Assembly: GCA_024281055.1 (NCBI GenBank)
Contig: JAMXLF010000092.1
Coordinates: forward strand, 1-36,805
DNA length: 36,805 bases
Reading direction: 5' to 3'
From: Geobacteraceae bacterium
Lineage (GTDB): Bacteria > Desulfobacterota > Desulfuromonadia > Geobacterales > Geobacteraceae
The notes under the pieces are model-generated. The model saw only the letters and a program-made list of their open reading frames with translations, searched no databases and was not told the origin of the DNA. Both the position numbers and the translations under genes were made by a program. Below, piece after piece: positions 25,044 through 34,300 of the stretch. Within the stretch, counting starts at the first letter, position 1, and each line of letters starts with the position of its first letter.

Positions 25044-25478
25044 TCATTCCTCTAAACCGCATTTGTTGGCTTTCAGCTTGCTCCTGATATGTTCGAGCAA
25101 TTGGTCCATCTTATAGGCGTTGTCGATATCGCTTGTATCAAATACAAATAAGGAATGGCTGTATTTATCATGAGATAAGCCACATACCAGACATGCTATT
25201 TCCCCCGTATTGACAGAGCGATCGCTCTGTATCTTTTTCTGAAGGATTTCACACAAACTCGTATTCAGCAGTGCTTCCTTGAATTTGTAATCGGGATACA
25301 GCTCGTAACTGCTATTCCTCTGTTGATTGACAAAGCATGGTAATGCGGACAATTCCTGCAGATAACGTTGTGCCGTCCTGATGCTTACCTTGAATTCATC
25401 GGCGATCACCCTGGAGGTAATGGTCTTTCGCTCATTGAGCAGCTGAAGAAGTTTTATGGCAATCTCGAGCTTGTTCAT
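25044..25478 (-). CDS. HTH (DeoR/HTH_11-like winged helix) transcriptional regulator, AT-rich islet gene
   Basis: A strong SD aaaggaggtaaaa precedes ATG 25478. The N-terminus KLLQLLNERKTITSRVIADEFKVSIRTAQRYLQEL is a DeoR-type HTH, as in YafY/BrxR/CapW-like N-termini. The C-terminal 80 aa are Cys-containing and of unknown function. The gene is visibly lower in GC than the surrounding genome. Confidence 0.7.
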   Translation of the reverse strand: MNKLEIAIKLLQLLNERKTITSRVIADEFKVSIRTAQRYLQELSALPCFVNQQRNSSYELYPDYKFKEALLNTSLCEILQKKIQSDRSVNTGEIACLVCGLSHDKYSHSLFVFDTSDIDNAYKMDQLLEHIRSKLKANKCGLEE

Positions 25479-25767
25479 TTTTTTACCTCCTTTTATAAGA
25501 TTAGTAAATTATAACAAATAATTGCGGAAAAACGACAAGCAGACATGTCATCGACCAGGGATTATTGCTAGCTGGGGCGATGTGCGGCCACTTGGCGGGG
25601 TTTTAAAGAAATGTAATGAAAACAGAAATTGAGAAGAGTGAAACGACAAATAATGACGCATCCATGTGCTACACAATCACATCCACGAAATAAATGTCAG
25701 TCGGGAATCCGACGGAAGATGAAATGGAGCAAGAAATATCCATGGGTAGGTGCTAAAGGAAAACGAT

Positions 25768-25977
25768 ATGGAATCAGAACGGAAGTTGCCGGACCCTGCA
25801 ATTTGCAAGACTAAACATATTTCCGGGGTCTACTATTACTGTACAGTTGAGGAACGCAAGGGAATAGGATGCGCACACGCCATGTCATTCGGCCACAGTC
25901 ACATTTGCATGCACCCTGACGCGTGCTGGTTTGATAGTGAAGCAATTGAAAAACGGAATAAGGACGGTAGTAAATGA
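25768..25977 (+). CDS. Small Cys/His-rich protein (putative metal-binding)
   Basis: An SD aaagga lies 7 nt before ATG 25768. MESERKLPDPAICKTKHISGVYYYCTVEERKGIGCAHAMSFGHSHICMHPDACWFDSEAIEKRNKDGSK has 6 Cys and 5 His. A plus-strand terminator follows at 26049-26082. Confidence 0.45.
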   Translation: MESERKLPDPAICKTKHISGVYYYCTVEERKGIGCAHAMSFGHSHICMHPDACWFDSEAIEKRNKDGSK

Positions 25978-26048
25978 CGTGCCCGAGACACCGGTTGTAA
26001 GATGGTTGCCGGGGAAGAGGTTTTGACTGTGATGGCAACTTCTCAGTC

Positions 26049-26082
26049 AGGGCTTAACCTATGATGGGTTAAGCCCTTTTTT
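26049..26082 (+). terminator. Rho-independent terminator
   Basis: agggcttaacc-tatgat-gggttaagccct followed by TTTTTT. Confidence 0.7.
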
Positions 26083-26262
26083 GTCCGCCTGCCGTTCAGA
26101 TTGACACTGCTCGCACCGCTCCACATCGACCCGCTTTATCTCGCACCCGCAGACGACGCACGCATTCACCCACTCCGGGTGTCCCGCGGCAACGGCCCGG
26201 TTGTTCGCCTCCAGCCGCTGCACTTCCGCTTCCATCTCGTCGTTGTACTGTACTTCGAACAT
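26059..26262 (-). CDS. Small C4 zinc-ribbon protein (DksA/TraR-like zinc finger)
   Basis: An SD ggaggtg lies 6 nt before ATG 26262. MFEVQYNDEMEAEVQRLEANNRAVAAGHPEWVNACVVCGCEIKRVDVERCEQCQSERQADKK has a coiled N-terminus plus CxxC-x11-CxxC, resembling TraR/DksA-family zinc fingers. It lies divergently upstream of the second REC-PilZ gene. Confidence 0.5.
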   Translation of the reverse strand: MFEVQYNDEMEAEVQRLEANNRAVAAGHPEWVNACVVCGCEIKRVDVERCEQCQSERQADKKGLNPS

Positions 26263-26553
26263 GGGGGCACCTCCTGCAGGATACGATCTTGGATACTATA
26301 GGGCATAATTTCCGGGATTACTAGCCTGTTGGTGGAACTGCGAGGCAAGGAAGTCGGGAGGTCTGGTAAAAGGCTCTTCTCAGCGACAATACACAGGTCG
26401 AAAAGGTACAGAGATAGACCTGATTCCGGCAGGACTATTGTCGATGATATTGAGACATGTCAGGACCAGACTCGATACAATGCCTTGATTCTTGCCAGCA
26501 CTTTCTTTATAGTGGGTGCGCTGCCGGCAATCATATCAGTGAGGGGAGCATTG

Positions 26554-27258
26554 ATGCCTCAGACAAGTTCTTTGCCCTCGGGTAATGGTACTAAAATACT
26601 TATTGTCAGTAACTCGCACGGTTTTTTAGAGAGAAACAAAAGACTGTTGAACGGAGTTGGTGTCCGGATACTGACGGCAACCTCTTCCAGAGAAGCTCTC
26701 GAAGTACATCGAAAGGAGCGGGTCAACCTGATCATTGCCATGCTGGACGTGCCGGAGGCGGGAGGCGAGAAGCTTTGCTCTCTTATCCGGCAAGAAGATG
26801 AACTCAGGAACGTCTCGTTTATCCTCGTCCGCAATCATCATCGGGGCAGGGTCGTGCATACTTCGCAATGCGGTGCAAACGTATCGTTTACGCGGCCGGT
26901 TAACGCTGTGCTTCTGCGCGAATCGGTCAAAAGGCTCCTGTCGATCTCGCCGCGCCGAGACCATCGGGCCATTTTCAAGGCCCATGTCCGTGGCACGAAG
27001 GAAAGCTCCTCTTTCACGGGAATATCCCGTAACATAAGTGCCTCGGGTATCCTGATCGAGTCTGACCGGTTGCTTTGCGAGAACGACCTGATCAAAGGGA
27101 TGTTCGTTGTCTCCGGCTCGCTCCTGATAGTTGCGGAAGGGAAGGTCGTTCGCTCCTTGAGACGGCAGGACGGAACATATCATTACGGGGTCCGGTTCGA
27201 CAACCTGGAACCGGAACACAGAAGAGCGATCGAGAAATACGTTGCAAACGGCACTTAG
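26554..27258 (+). CDS. Receiver (REC) plus PilZ domain protein, paralogue of 12962..13636
   Basis: An SD gagggga precedes ATG 26554. It has the same architecture as 12962..13636 and clear sequence similarity to it. PilZ motifs RRDHR and NISASG are present. The REC Asp context is IAMLDVPEAGG. The acidic pocket is again atypical (LIVSNSHGF). Confidence 0.8.
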   Translation: MPQTSSLPSGNGTKILIVSNSHGFLERNKRLLNGVGVRILTATSSREALEVHRKERVNLIIAMLDVPEAGGEKLCSLIRQEDELRNVSFILVRNHHRGRVVHTSQCGANVSFTRPVNAVLLRESVKRLLSISPRRDHRAIFKAHVRGTKESSSFTGISRNISASGILIESDRLLCENDLIKGMFVVSGSLLIVAEGKVVRSLRRQDGTYHYGVRFDNLEPEHRRAIEKYVANGT

Positions 27259-27261
27259 AGA

Positions 27262-28023
27262 TTGATGGCCGGATGTACTGTCCATTGTGCTATGGGAGAA
27301 AAGACCGAACACAACGGTGATGCAGCCGAGCCGGTTTGGCAGGTATCCATGATCCCTTGGGAACTCATCGACAGGGCACCGGTGCCCGGCAGCGACCGGG
27401 AACTGCGTCTTTACCGGCGCGGCGGCGAGTTTTCGATCCGGGTGGCCGGCTGCGAACTGATGAACAGCCGGATGCACGGTTCGGAGGACGCCCTTGCCGA
27501 GTATGCCTGCGACCGGATCGCAGGTCTTCCTGCGCCGAGGGTCCTGATCGGCGGGCTCGGGATGGGGTACACTCTGGCGGCAGCCCTGCGGCGGCTCGGC
27601 CCCGATGCCCGGGTGGTTGTGGCCGAACTGGTGCCCAGGGTGGTGGCGTGGAACCGTGACCATCTGGGGGCTCTGGCCGGCCATCCCCTGGCGGACCAAC
27701 GGGCCACGGTGCGCGAGGGGGACGTGTCCCGGGTTATCATGGCAGAAAGCCGTGCCTGGGACGCCATCCTGTTGGATGTGGACAACGGTCCCGACGGGCT
27801 GACGAGCAGGGAGAACGACTGGATCTACGGCCCGGCCTGCCTGGCAGCGGCGTTCTCAGCGCTGCGCCCGGCAGGCGTGCTGGCGGTCTGGTCGGCCGCT
27901 GCCGATCCGGCCTTCACCCGGCGCCTTCGCCAGACCGGCTTCGTGGTGGACGAGGTCGGTGTCCGGGCGCGCGGTGCACGAGGCGGGCGCCATGTCATCT
28001 GGCTTGCCCGGCGCGGTCCGTGA
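27262..28023 (+). CDS. Spermidine-synthase-like class I SAM-dependent methyltransferase / aminopropyltransferase fold protein
   Basis: It starts 4 nt after the REC-PilZ stop, so it is probably cotranscribed. VLIGGLGMGYTLAAAL...ARVVVAELVPRVVAW...ILLDVDNGPDGL is typical of short spermine/spermidine-synthase-family proteins. Confidence 0.65.
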   Translation: MMAGCTVHCAMGEKTEHNGDAAEPVWQVSMIPWELIDRAPVPGSDRELRLYRRGGEFSIRVAGCELMNSRMHGSEDALAEYACDRIAGLPAPRVLIGGLGMGYTLAAALRRLGPDARVVVAELVPRVVAWNRDHLGALAGHPLADQRATVREGDVSRVIMAESRAWDAILLDVDNGPDGLTSRENDWIYGPACLAAAFSALRPAGVLAVWSAAADPAFTRRLRQTGFVVDEVGVRARGARGGRHVIWLARRGP

Positions 28024-28124
28024 GCGTTTGCCCCGATCGAGCCGGCTGACACCACTGTTCCCTCCAGAATTGGACCTGAAACATGCCGCCCCATCCGGGC
28101 AATCGCGAAGGAAATGGCGGATTT

Positions 28125-28562
28125 TTACGCGGGTCCTTCAATCGCGTCCAGCCGCAGGGCGAAGGTCAGATCCAGTCCTGCCAGGGGATGGTTGCCGTCG
28201 AGGGTTACCTCGGTCTCGGTAACCTCGTGCACCATCATGACCCGTTCCTTTCCCCCCTCGAATTCGATCCGCAGCTTCTGTCCGAGCTCGATCCGTTTCC
28301 CGACCGGGAAACTTTCCCGATCCAACTTGATAAGGTTCGCCTCCAGTCGGGGGCCAAAGGCATCTGAGGCCGCGATGACAACGTTCTTCGATTCGCCGGC
28401 ACGCATGCCGGTCACCGCATGTTCCATGGCCGGAAAAACCCGGCTTTCGCCGATAGTGAATACCAGGGGATCGTCATCCGTCGTGCTGTCGAATATCCGT
28501 CCGTTGTCCAATGTGCCGATATAGTGAATGGTGACAGTGTCGCCCCGTTCCGCTCGTCTCAT
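28125..28562 (-). CDS. FKBP-type peptidyl-prolyl cis-trans isomerase (SlyD/FkpB-like)
   Basis: MRRAERGDTVTIHYIGTLDNGRIFDST...PLVFTIGESRVFPAMEHAVTGMRAGE is an FKBP_C domain. An insert-in-flap-like segment follows it. Confidence 0.8.
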   Translation of the reverse strand: MRRAERGDTVTIHYIGTLDNGRIFDSTTDDDPLVFTIGESRVFPAMEHAVTGMRAGESKNVVIAASDAFGPRLEANLIKLDRESFPVGKRIELGQKLRIEFEGGKERVMMVHEVTETEVTLDGNHPLAGLDLTFALRLDAIEGPA

Positions 28563-28941
28563 CTCTCCGCTCCCTGTCGTTGTGGGTCTCATGCCGGCTT
28601 CGCTGCCGCCGTTCTGCCCAAAATTGAGGCACCCTCACCATGCCGAGATCGGCATCGGTGCCGTTCGTTCTGGATTCCTGCGTCCGTGACCCATTGCCAC
28701 AGGGCCAACCAAGACAACGTTTGCATGATTCAGGCCACTCGACCATCCTTCGCCGCCGGCTTTTCGGCTCATCCTGTGCTGGAACCGCGCCCGGCTTGAC
28801 AGGATGACAAGGTGTGATACGTTAAATGCGATCGAACGGAATTTCCTGAAACCCGCAAAGCCTCCAAGCCCCTGCAGGCAGGGATCGCACCGAAGGTGCC
28901 CCATGTGATCGTGCAGCGAGGCACGTGGAGGAGGAGATATT

Positions 28942-29931
28942 GTGAATGGAGTGACGAGAGTTTTTGTTCTGTCGGCTCTGTTGGTTCTTCTGGCCCGTCC
29001 GGTTCTCGCCGGGGAACTCAGCGTTCTAGGCGGTTATGGGTGGACGAACAACCCCGTGGAGAAGACCTATGCCTGGCAGGTCCAGTACATGGAGGGGCTT
29101 GGGGAGCATTTCGCCTACAGCCTTTCCTATCTGAATCAGGGGCATTTCACCGGGCACCATCGTGACGCAGATGCCGCCAACCTCTGGGTACGTACCAACC
29201 TGCTCGACAAGCACCTTTCCCTTGGCGTCGGTGCGGGCGGCCTCTTCTATTACGACACCATCCATCCTGCAGGCGGGGCTCCCGCCCAGGACTTTCACGG
29301 CTGGGGAACCATGGTAAGCGCGGCGGCGACCTATTACACCGACAGCCGCGTGTTTTTCCAAGTGCAAGGCTACTGGGTGAGGGGCGGCCAAAGTTTCAAC
29401 ACCCTCTCGGCGCTCGGTGGAATCGGCTACCAGCTCGATGCACCTCCCTCGCCGGGGCCGGACGTGAAGGGAACCCGTCAGGTCGAAAGAACGACCAATA
29501 ACGAACTGACGGTGTTTGGCGGTGAAACGGTCGTGAATATCCCGGGCAACGGTCGTTCACCCGCCGTGGCTCTCGAATACAGGCGCGGCATCTGGCGCTA
29601 CCTGGAATGGACCGCACGGGGGCTCTACGAGGGGAGAAGCGACCTGATTGACCGGTACGGTCTTACCAGTCAGCTCTGGCTGGCAAAGGAGTTCCTTGAT
29701 GACCGAATTTCACTCGGCGCCGGTTTCGGCGGGTATTTCGCGGTCGATCAACGCCGTGGCGGCCATGAGCAGGGGCGAAACACGAACGCCTTTTTCTGCG
29801 AGGTGGCCTCGATGACGGGGAGCCTCAGAGTCAGTGAGAATTGGCTCCTGCGAGCCACCTGGGACCGGATCATCACGAACTACAATCGGGATTCCGATAT
29901 ATTTCTGGGGGGGGTCGGCTACCGGTTTTAG
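28942..29931 (+). CDS. Outer-membrane beta-barrel protein (signal peptide, C-terminal aromatic)
   Basis: GTG 28942 follows an SD ggaggagga. The signal peptide is VTRVFVLSALLVLLARPVLAG. Amphipathic beta-strand character alternates throughout, and the C-terminus ...GGVGYRF ends in Phe. Confidence 0.65.
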   Translation: MNGVTRVFVLSALLVLLARPVLAGELSVLGGYGWTNNPVEKTYAWQVQYMEGLGEHFAYSLSYLNQGHFTGHHRDADAANLWVRTNLLDKHLSLGVGAGGLFYYDTIHPAGGAPAQDFHGWGTMVSAAATYYTDSRVFFQVQGYWVRGGQSFNTLSALGGIGYQLDAPPSPGPDVKGTRQVERTTNNELTVFGGETVVNIPGNGRSPAVALEYRRGIWRYLEWTARGLYEGRSDLIDRYGLTSQLWLAKEFLDDRISLGAGFGGYFAVDQRRGGHEQGRNTNAFFCEVASMTGSLRVSENWLLRATWDRIITNYNRDSDIFLGGVGYRF

Positions 29932-29984
29932 GTCATCCTGATGGGTGAGAAGACCGACGAATGAATCGGATGATCGCGAGAAAG

Positions 29985-30008
29985 CCCGCTCGACGCGGGC
30001 TTTCTCTT
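29985..30008 (+). terminator. Geobacter-type intrinsic terminator
   Basis: aaagcccgc-tcgac-gcgggcttt followed by ctcttt. Confidence 0.6.
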
Positions 30009-30072
30009 TGCCAAACGGCACCTGATGGGTTACGATGCCACGGTACTGCCGCCACAGGAACAGGAGAACGAC

Positions 30073-30876
30073 ATGCCCGAACTTCCCGAGGTGGAAACGA
30101 CCCGCCGGCGCCTGGAGCCGCTCGTTGTTGGAAAGCAATTCGACAAGGTCGTGATCCGGGCGCCCAAGCTCCGGTTGCCGATCCAGCTGCATCTGAAGAC
30201 CATCCTGCCTGGCCGGATCGTGCGGGGGGTGGGCCGGCGGGGAAAATACCTCCTGTTTTTCTGCGACGGAGGCTGCCTCGCCATCCACCTGGGGATGACC
30301 GGCTATCTCCAGTACCTTGCCGTGACCGCTCCGCCGGGAAAGCACGATCACCTCGATCTCATCTTTACGGACGGCCATATCCTCCGTTTCCGGGATCCGC
30401 GCAAATTCGGCACGGTCCTCTGGGTCGAGGGGGATCCGCTCTCCCATCCGCTCCTGGCGGGGATCGGTCCCGAGCCGCTGACGGAGGCATTCAGCGGGGC
30501 ATATCTCTACGATGCCGGCAGGTCCCGCCGGGTGGCGGTGAAGCTGTTCATCATGAACGCCGCCGTCGTCGCCGGGATCGGCAACATCTACGCCAATGAA
30601 GCCCTCTTCCGGGCCGGCATCCGGCCCGACCGGGCCGCCGGGTCCTTGGACCGCCCGGAGTGCGACCGCTTGGCGGAGGCCATCAAAGAGGTGCTGAACG
30701 AATCCATCGAAACGGGGAGCACCTACAGGGTGGCGGAGGAGACGGTGGAGTACCATCCCCTCGAATTCGGCGTGTACGGCCGGGCAGGGGAGGGGTGCCG
30801 GAGATGCGGAGAAGCGCTTGAGGCGATCCGCCTGGGAAACCGGAGCACGGTCTTCTGTCCCCGCTGCCAGAGATGA
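30073..30876 (+). CDS. mutM: Formamidopyrimidine-DNA glycosylase (Fpg/MutM)
   Basis: An SD caggag precedes ATG 30073. The N-terminus MPELPEVETTRRRLEP has the catalytic P2/E3. A C-terminal zinc finger CRRCGEALEAIRLGNRSTVFCPRCQR is present. Confidence 0.9.
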   Translation: MPELPEVETTRRRLEPLVVGKQFDKVVIRAPKLRLPIQLHLKTILPGRIVRGVGRRGKYLLFFCDGGCLAIHLGMTGYLQYLAVTAPPGKHDHLDLIFTDGHILRFRDPRKFGTVLWVEGDPLSHPLLAGIGPEPLTEAFSGAYLYDAGRSRRVAVKLFIMNAAVVAGIGNIYANEALFRAGIRPDRAAGSLDRPECDRLAEAIKEVLNESIETGSTYRVAEETVEYHPLEFGVYGRAGEGCRRCGEALEAIRLGNRSTVFCPRCQR

Positions 30877-31332
30877 TGGGGGGCGACACACAAAAATTGT
30901 CTTTACTCAAATAAGCTAATGTGTTAATGAAAAATGAATTTATAATGAAGTAAAAATTAACAAACCGTCATTGACGGTATCGTTTATCGGATTGACCTTT
31001 ACCCACCCACCGTCCACCCATGACATACGTCCCATTCATGCTGCCGATTCGATAGCGAGGAGTAGGCGGAATCCGGAACTCAGCCGTGGCAAATTGTCGG
31101 ATTATCCAGCACGGTACCCGGACATACACATCCCTTTGCCCCCCACGCACTTCCCGCTGACCTTATAGATTCTCTGCTTCCTGTCGTGCCCAAGGGGTAC
31201 GAGTTCCGGAAAAGACCGATTCTGACCGAACGCCTTCACCCGACGGCTCCTGCTGACTCACCGTCGAGGCAGGTGGAGTGCGGTCGTTTGATGTTGACTT
31301 GAATGAATCTGCTATTTAAAAGGAGGGACGTT

Positions 31333-34300
31333 ATGAGGAACAGTCGTTTTCAATCGTGGATTCTACTTCTTGGCCTCAGCCTTGCCTGCATCTGTGGCGA
31401 TTTTGTCGCCGACGCCCGCGCGGCGTCAGTCCCGGTCCTCATCAAGGACATCAACACCACGATCAAGAACAATTCGAACATCCGTAATCTGGCGGCGGGA
31501 GGCCCCACTGGAATCAAGCTCTATTTCACCGCCTTCGACCTGGCCCACGGCAACGAGCTCTGGAAGAGTGACGGGACCGGAGCCGGGACGGTCATGGTGA
31601 AAGACATCAAGCCCGGAACGGGTAGTTCGTATCACGATCCCGATTACCTTACCTACTGGAACGGCTTCGTCTATTTCGAGGCCTACGACCCCGGCGGCTA
31701 CTGGTCGCTCTGGAAGAGTGACGGCACCGCTGCCGGCACCGTCGAGGTAAGTGCGGATGTCGATCCGGAATACATAGTTGTTTTCAAGGGCGCCCTCTAC
31801 TTCAGCGGCTATGACGACGGTCTCTGGAAGAGCGACGGTACCACTGCCGGAACGGTTCCGGTCAAATCGGGAATCGGCACTCTCGAGGACCTGGTGGTTG
31901 TCGGGGCTAACAGGCTTTTCTTCAGGCAGGGCAGCGATCTCTGGACCAGCGACGGTACTGATGCGGGCACTGTCCTCCTTGCCCCTGGGGTTGAACCGGA
32001 CCAGCTCACGAATGTCAACGGCACCCTCTATTTCTATGGTTGGGACGATGTTGCAAGTGCTTACCGGCTCTGGACCAGTAACGGCACTGCTGGCGGCACG
32101 TTTGCTCTTTCTTATGCCGCTGTGCCGCGGGAGCTCACCGATGTGAATGGCACTCTCTTTTTTCAGGCAAACGACCCCGTTGCAGGCTCGTCCCTTCTCA
32201 AACTCGTCCCCCCTGCGGTGCTGCCGACGGTGGTGAAGAGCGGCATGTCCAACCCGAACAACCTGTACAACTGGAACGGGGTCCTCTATTTCGCCAACGC
32301 CAACGGCCTCTGGAAGAGCGACGGCACGCTTGCCGGCACCGTCGTGGTGAAGAGCAGCGTCTGGCCGACGCTGCTGACGGGTGTTGGCGGTATCTTATAC
32401 TTCAACGGCTGGGATAACACCCACGGCTACGAATTATGGTCCAGTAACGGAACAACCGCCGGCACGGCCATGGTGAAGGATATCTATGCGGGAACAACCG
32501 ACAGCGACCCCGCCCGGTTAACCAACGTGAACGGCACCCTCTTCTTCACGGCTACAGAACCAACGACCGGGACGCAGCTCTGGAAGAGCGACGGCACCGC
32601 CGCCGGCACTGTCCTGGTGCAGAATGTCTCTCCCGGCACCCAGGATGCAGTGCCGAACAGTCTTTTCGATCTGAACGGCACCCTCTACTTTGCTGCCGAC
32701 AACGACACCAACGGCAACAAGCTGTGGCAGACCAACGGCACTGCCGCCGCCACCAGCATGATTCAGGGCTTCACCGGCGTCAATCCCGTCCCGCTCGTCA
32801 ATGCCAACGGCACCCTGTACTTTGCCGCCAATGCCGACGATCTCTGGAAGAGAGAAGGCTCGAACCCCGCAGTCCTGGTAAAGGCAGGCGTCACGACGGA
32901 CGATCCCAGCAAGGTGATTTATATCAACGGCACCCTCTATTTCGAGGGATGGGACAGCGCTCACGGGTACGAGCTCTGGAAGAGCGACGGCACCACGGCC
33001 AACACAGTCATGGTGAAGGACATCAAAGCCGGAACGAACAATTCGAATATCAATGGTCTTGTCAATCGGAACGGAACCCTCTATTTCATCGCCACGAGCG
33101 GGACCGATGCCCAACTCTGGAAGAGTGATGGCACCACGGCCGGGACGGTGCCGGTGAGCACCGGTGTCACAAACGTGACGGATCTCACCCTGGTAAACGG
33201 GAAGCTCTTCTTCTCGGGCAACGATGCCTCCAATAACAACGCCCTTTGGGTAAGCGACGGCACTACCGTCACGCTGCTGGCTAACGCCATCTGGCCGAGC
33301 AATTTCACCGCAGTCGGCAACACACTGTTTTTCAAGGGATGGACGGACCCGACAGGGTATGAACTCTGGAAAAGCGACGGCACCGTAGCCGGTACCGTGC
33401 TCGTGAAGGATATCTATCCCGGCAACGGAGACGGACAACCCGCAAACCTTACCAATGTGAACGGCACGCTGTACTTCTCCGTCTGGAATACCTGGGGAAC
33501 GACCGACCACGATCAGCTCTGGAAGAGTGATGGCACGGCAGCCGGAACGGTGGTGGTCAAGGACCTTCCCGCCGATTATGGTTTTACATCGATAAACTCA
33601 CTCACTTCCGTACACGGCATCCTGGCGTTCACATTCATGGACAAGGGTTATTACCCCACCCATGACGATAGCGCCGAACTCTGGATCAGCGACGGCACTG
33701 ACTGGGGAACCGTCAAGGTGAAGGATATCTATCCGGGAGATTTCGGTTCGGCTCCCGCCAATCTCACCATGGCGAACACGCCACCCAACGGCGTCGACAA
33801 GGAGGCCCTCTTCTTCACCGCCATCGACCCGCTGGCCGGCAAAGAACTCTTCATCCTCGACTTCACTCCTCCCACCAGCGCAATTACCGCGATAAACAGT
33901 GTTAGTCCTCCTCCGTACCTCCGCGGGACGAGCTTCGTCATCTCCGGCACTACGAGCGATTCCATGCCCGGCAGCGGGGTGACCGCGATGCTGGTTTCTA
34001 CTGACAACGGCCTTAACTGGTACAGCGCGACATACACGCCGGGCGCCTCCTCCTGGTCTTACACATGGAACAACCCCGCTGACGGGGTGTACACCATCAA
34101 GAGTCAGGCCGTCGACCTGGCAACCAACGTCCAGAACCCCTTTGCAAGCATCGCCGTCACTGTCGACAACACTCCGCCGGCTGTCGCGTTCACCATGCCG
34201 GCCGTGTACCACAGCATCACGGTACCGATAACGACCTTCACCGCCACCGATACCAATGGGATAAGCCACTACTGCCTGACCTCGACCAATTCCTATGGCG

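Noticed and set aside
29710-30891. 393-aa minus-strand ORF
   Set aside because: It is antisense to mutM, whose identity is unambiguous from the MPELPEVE N-terminus and the zinc finger.
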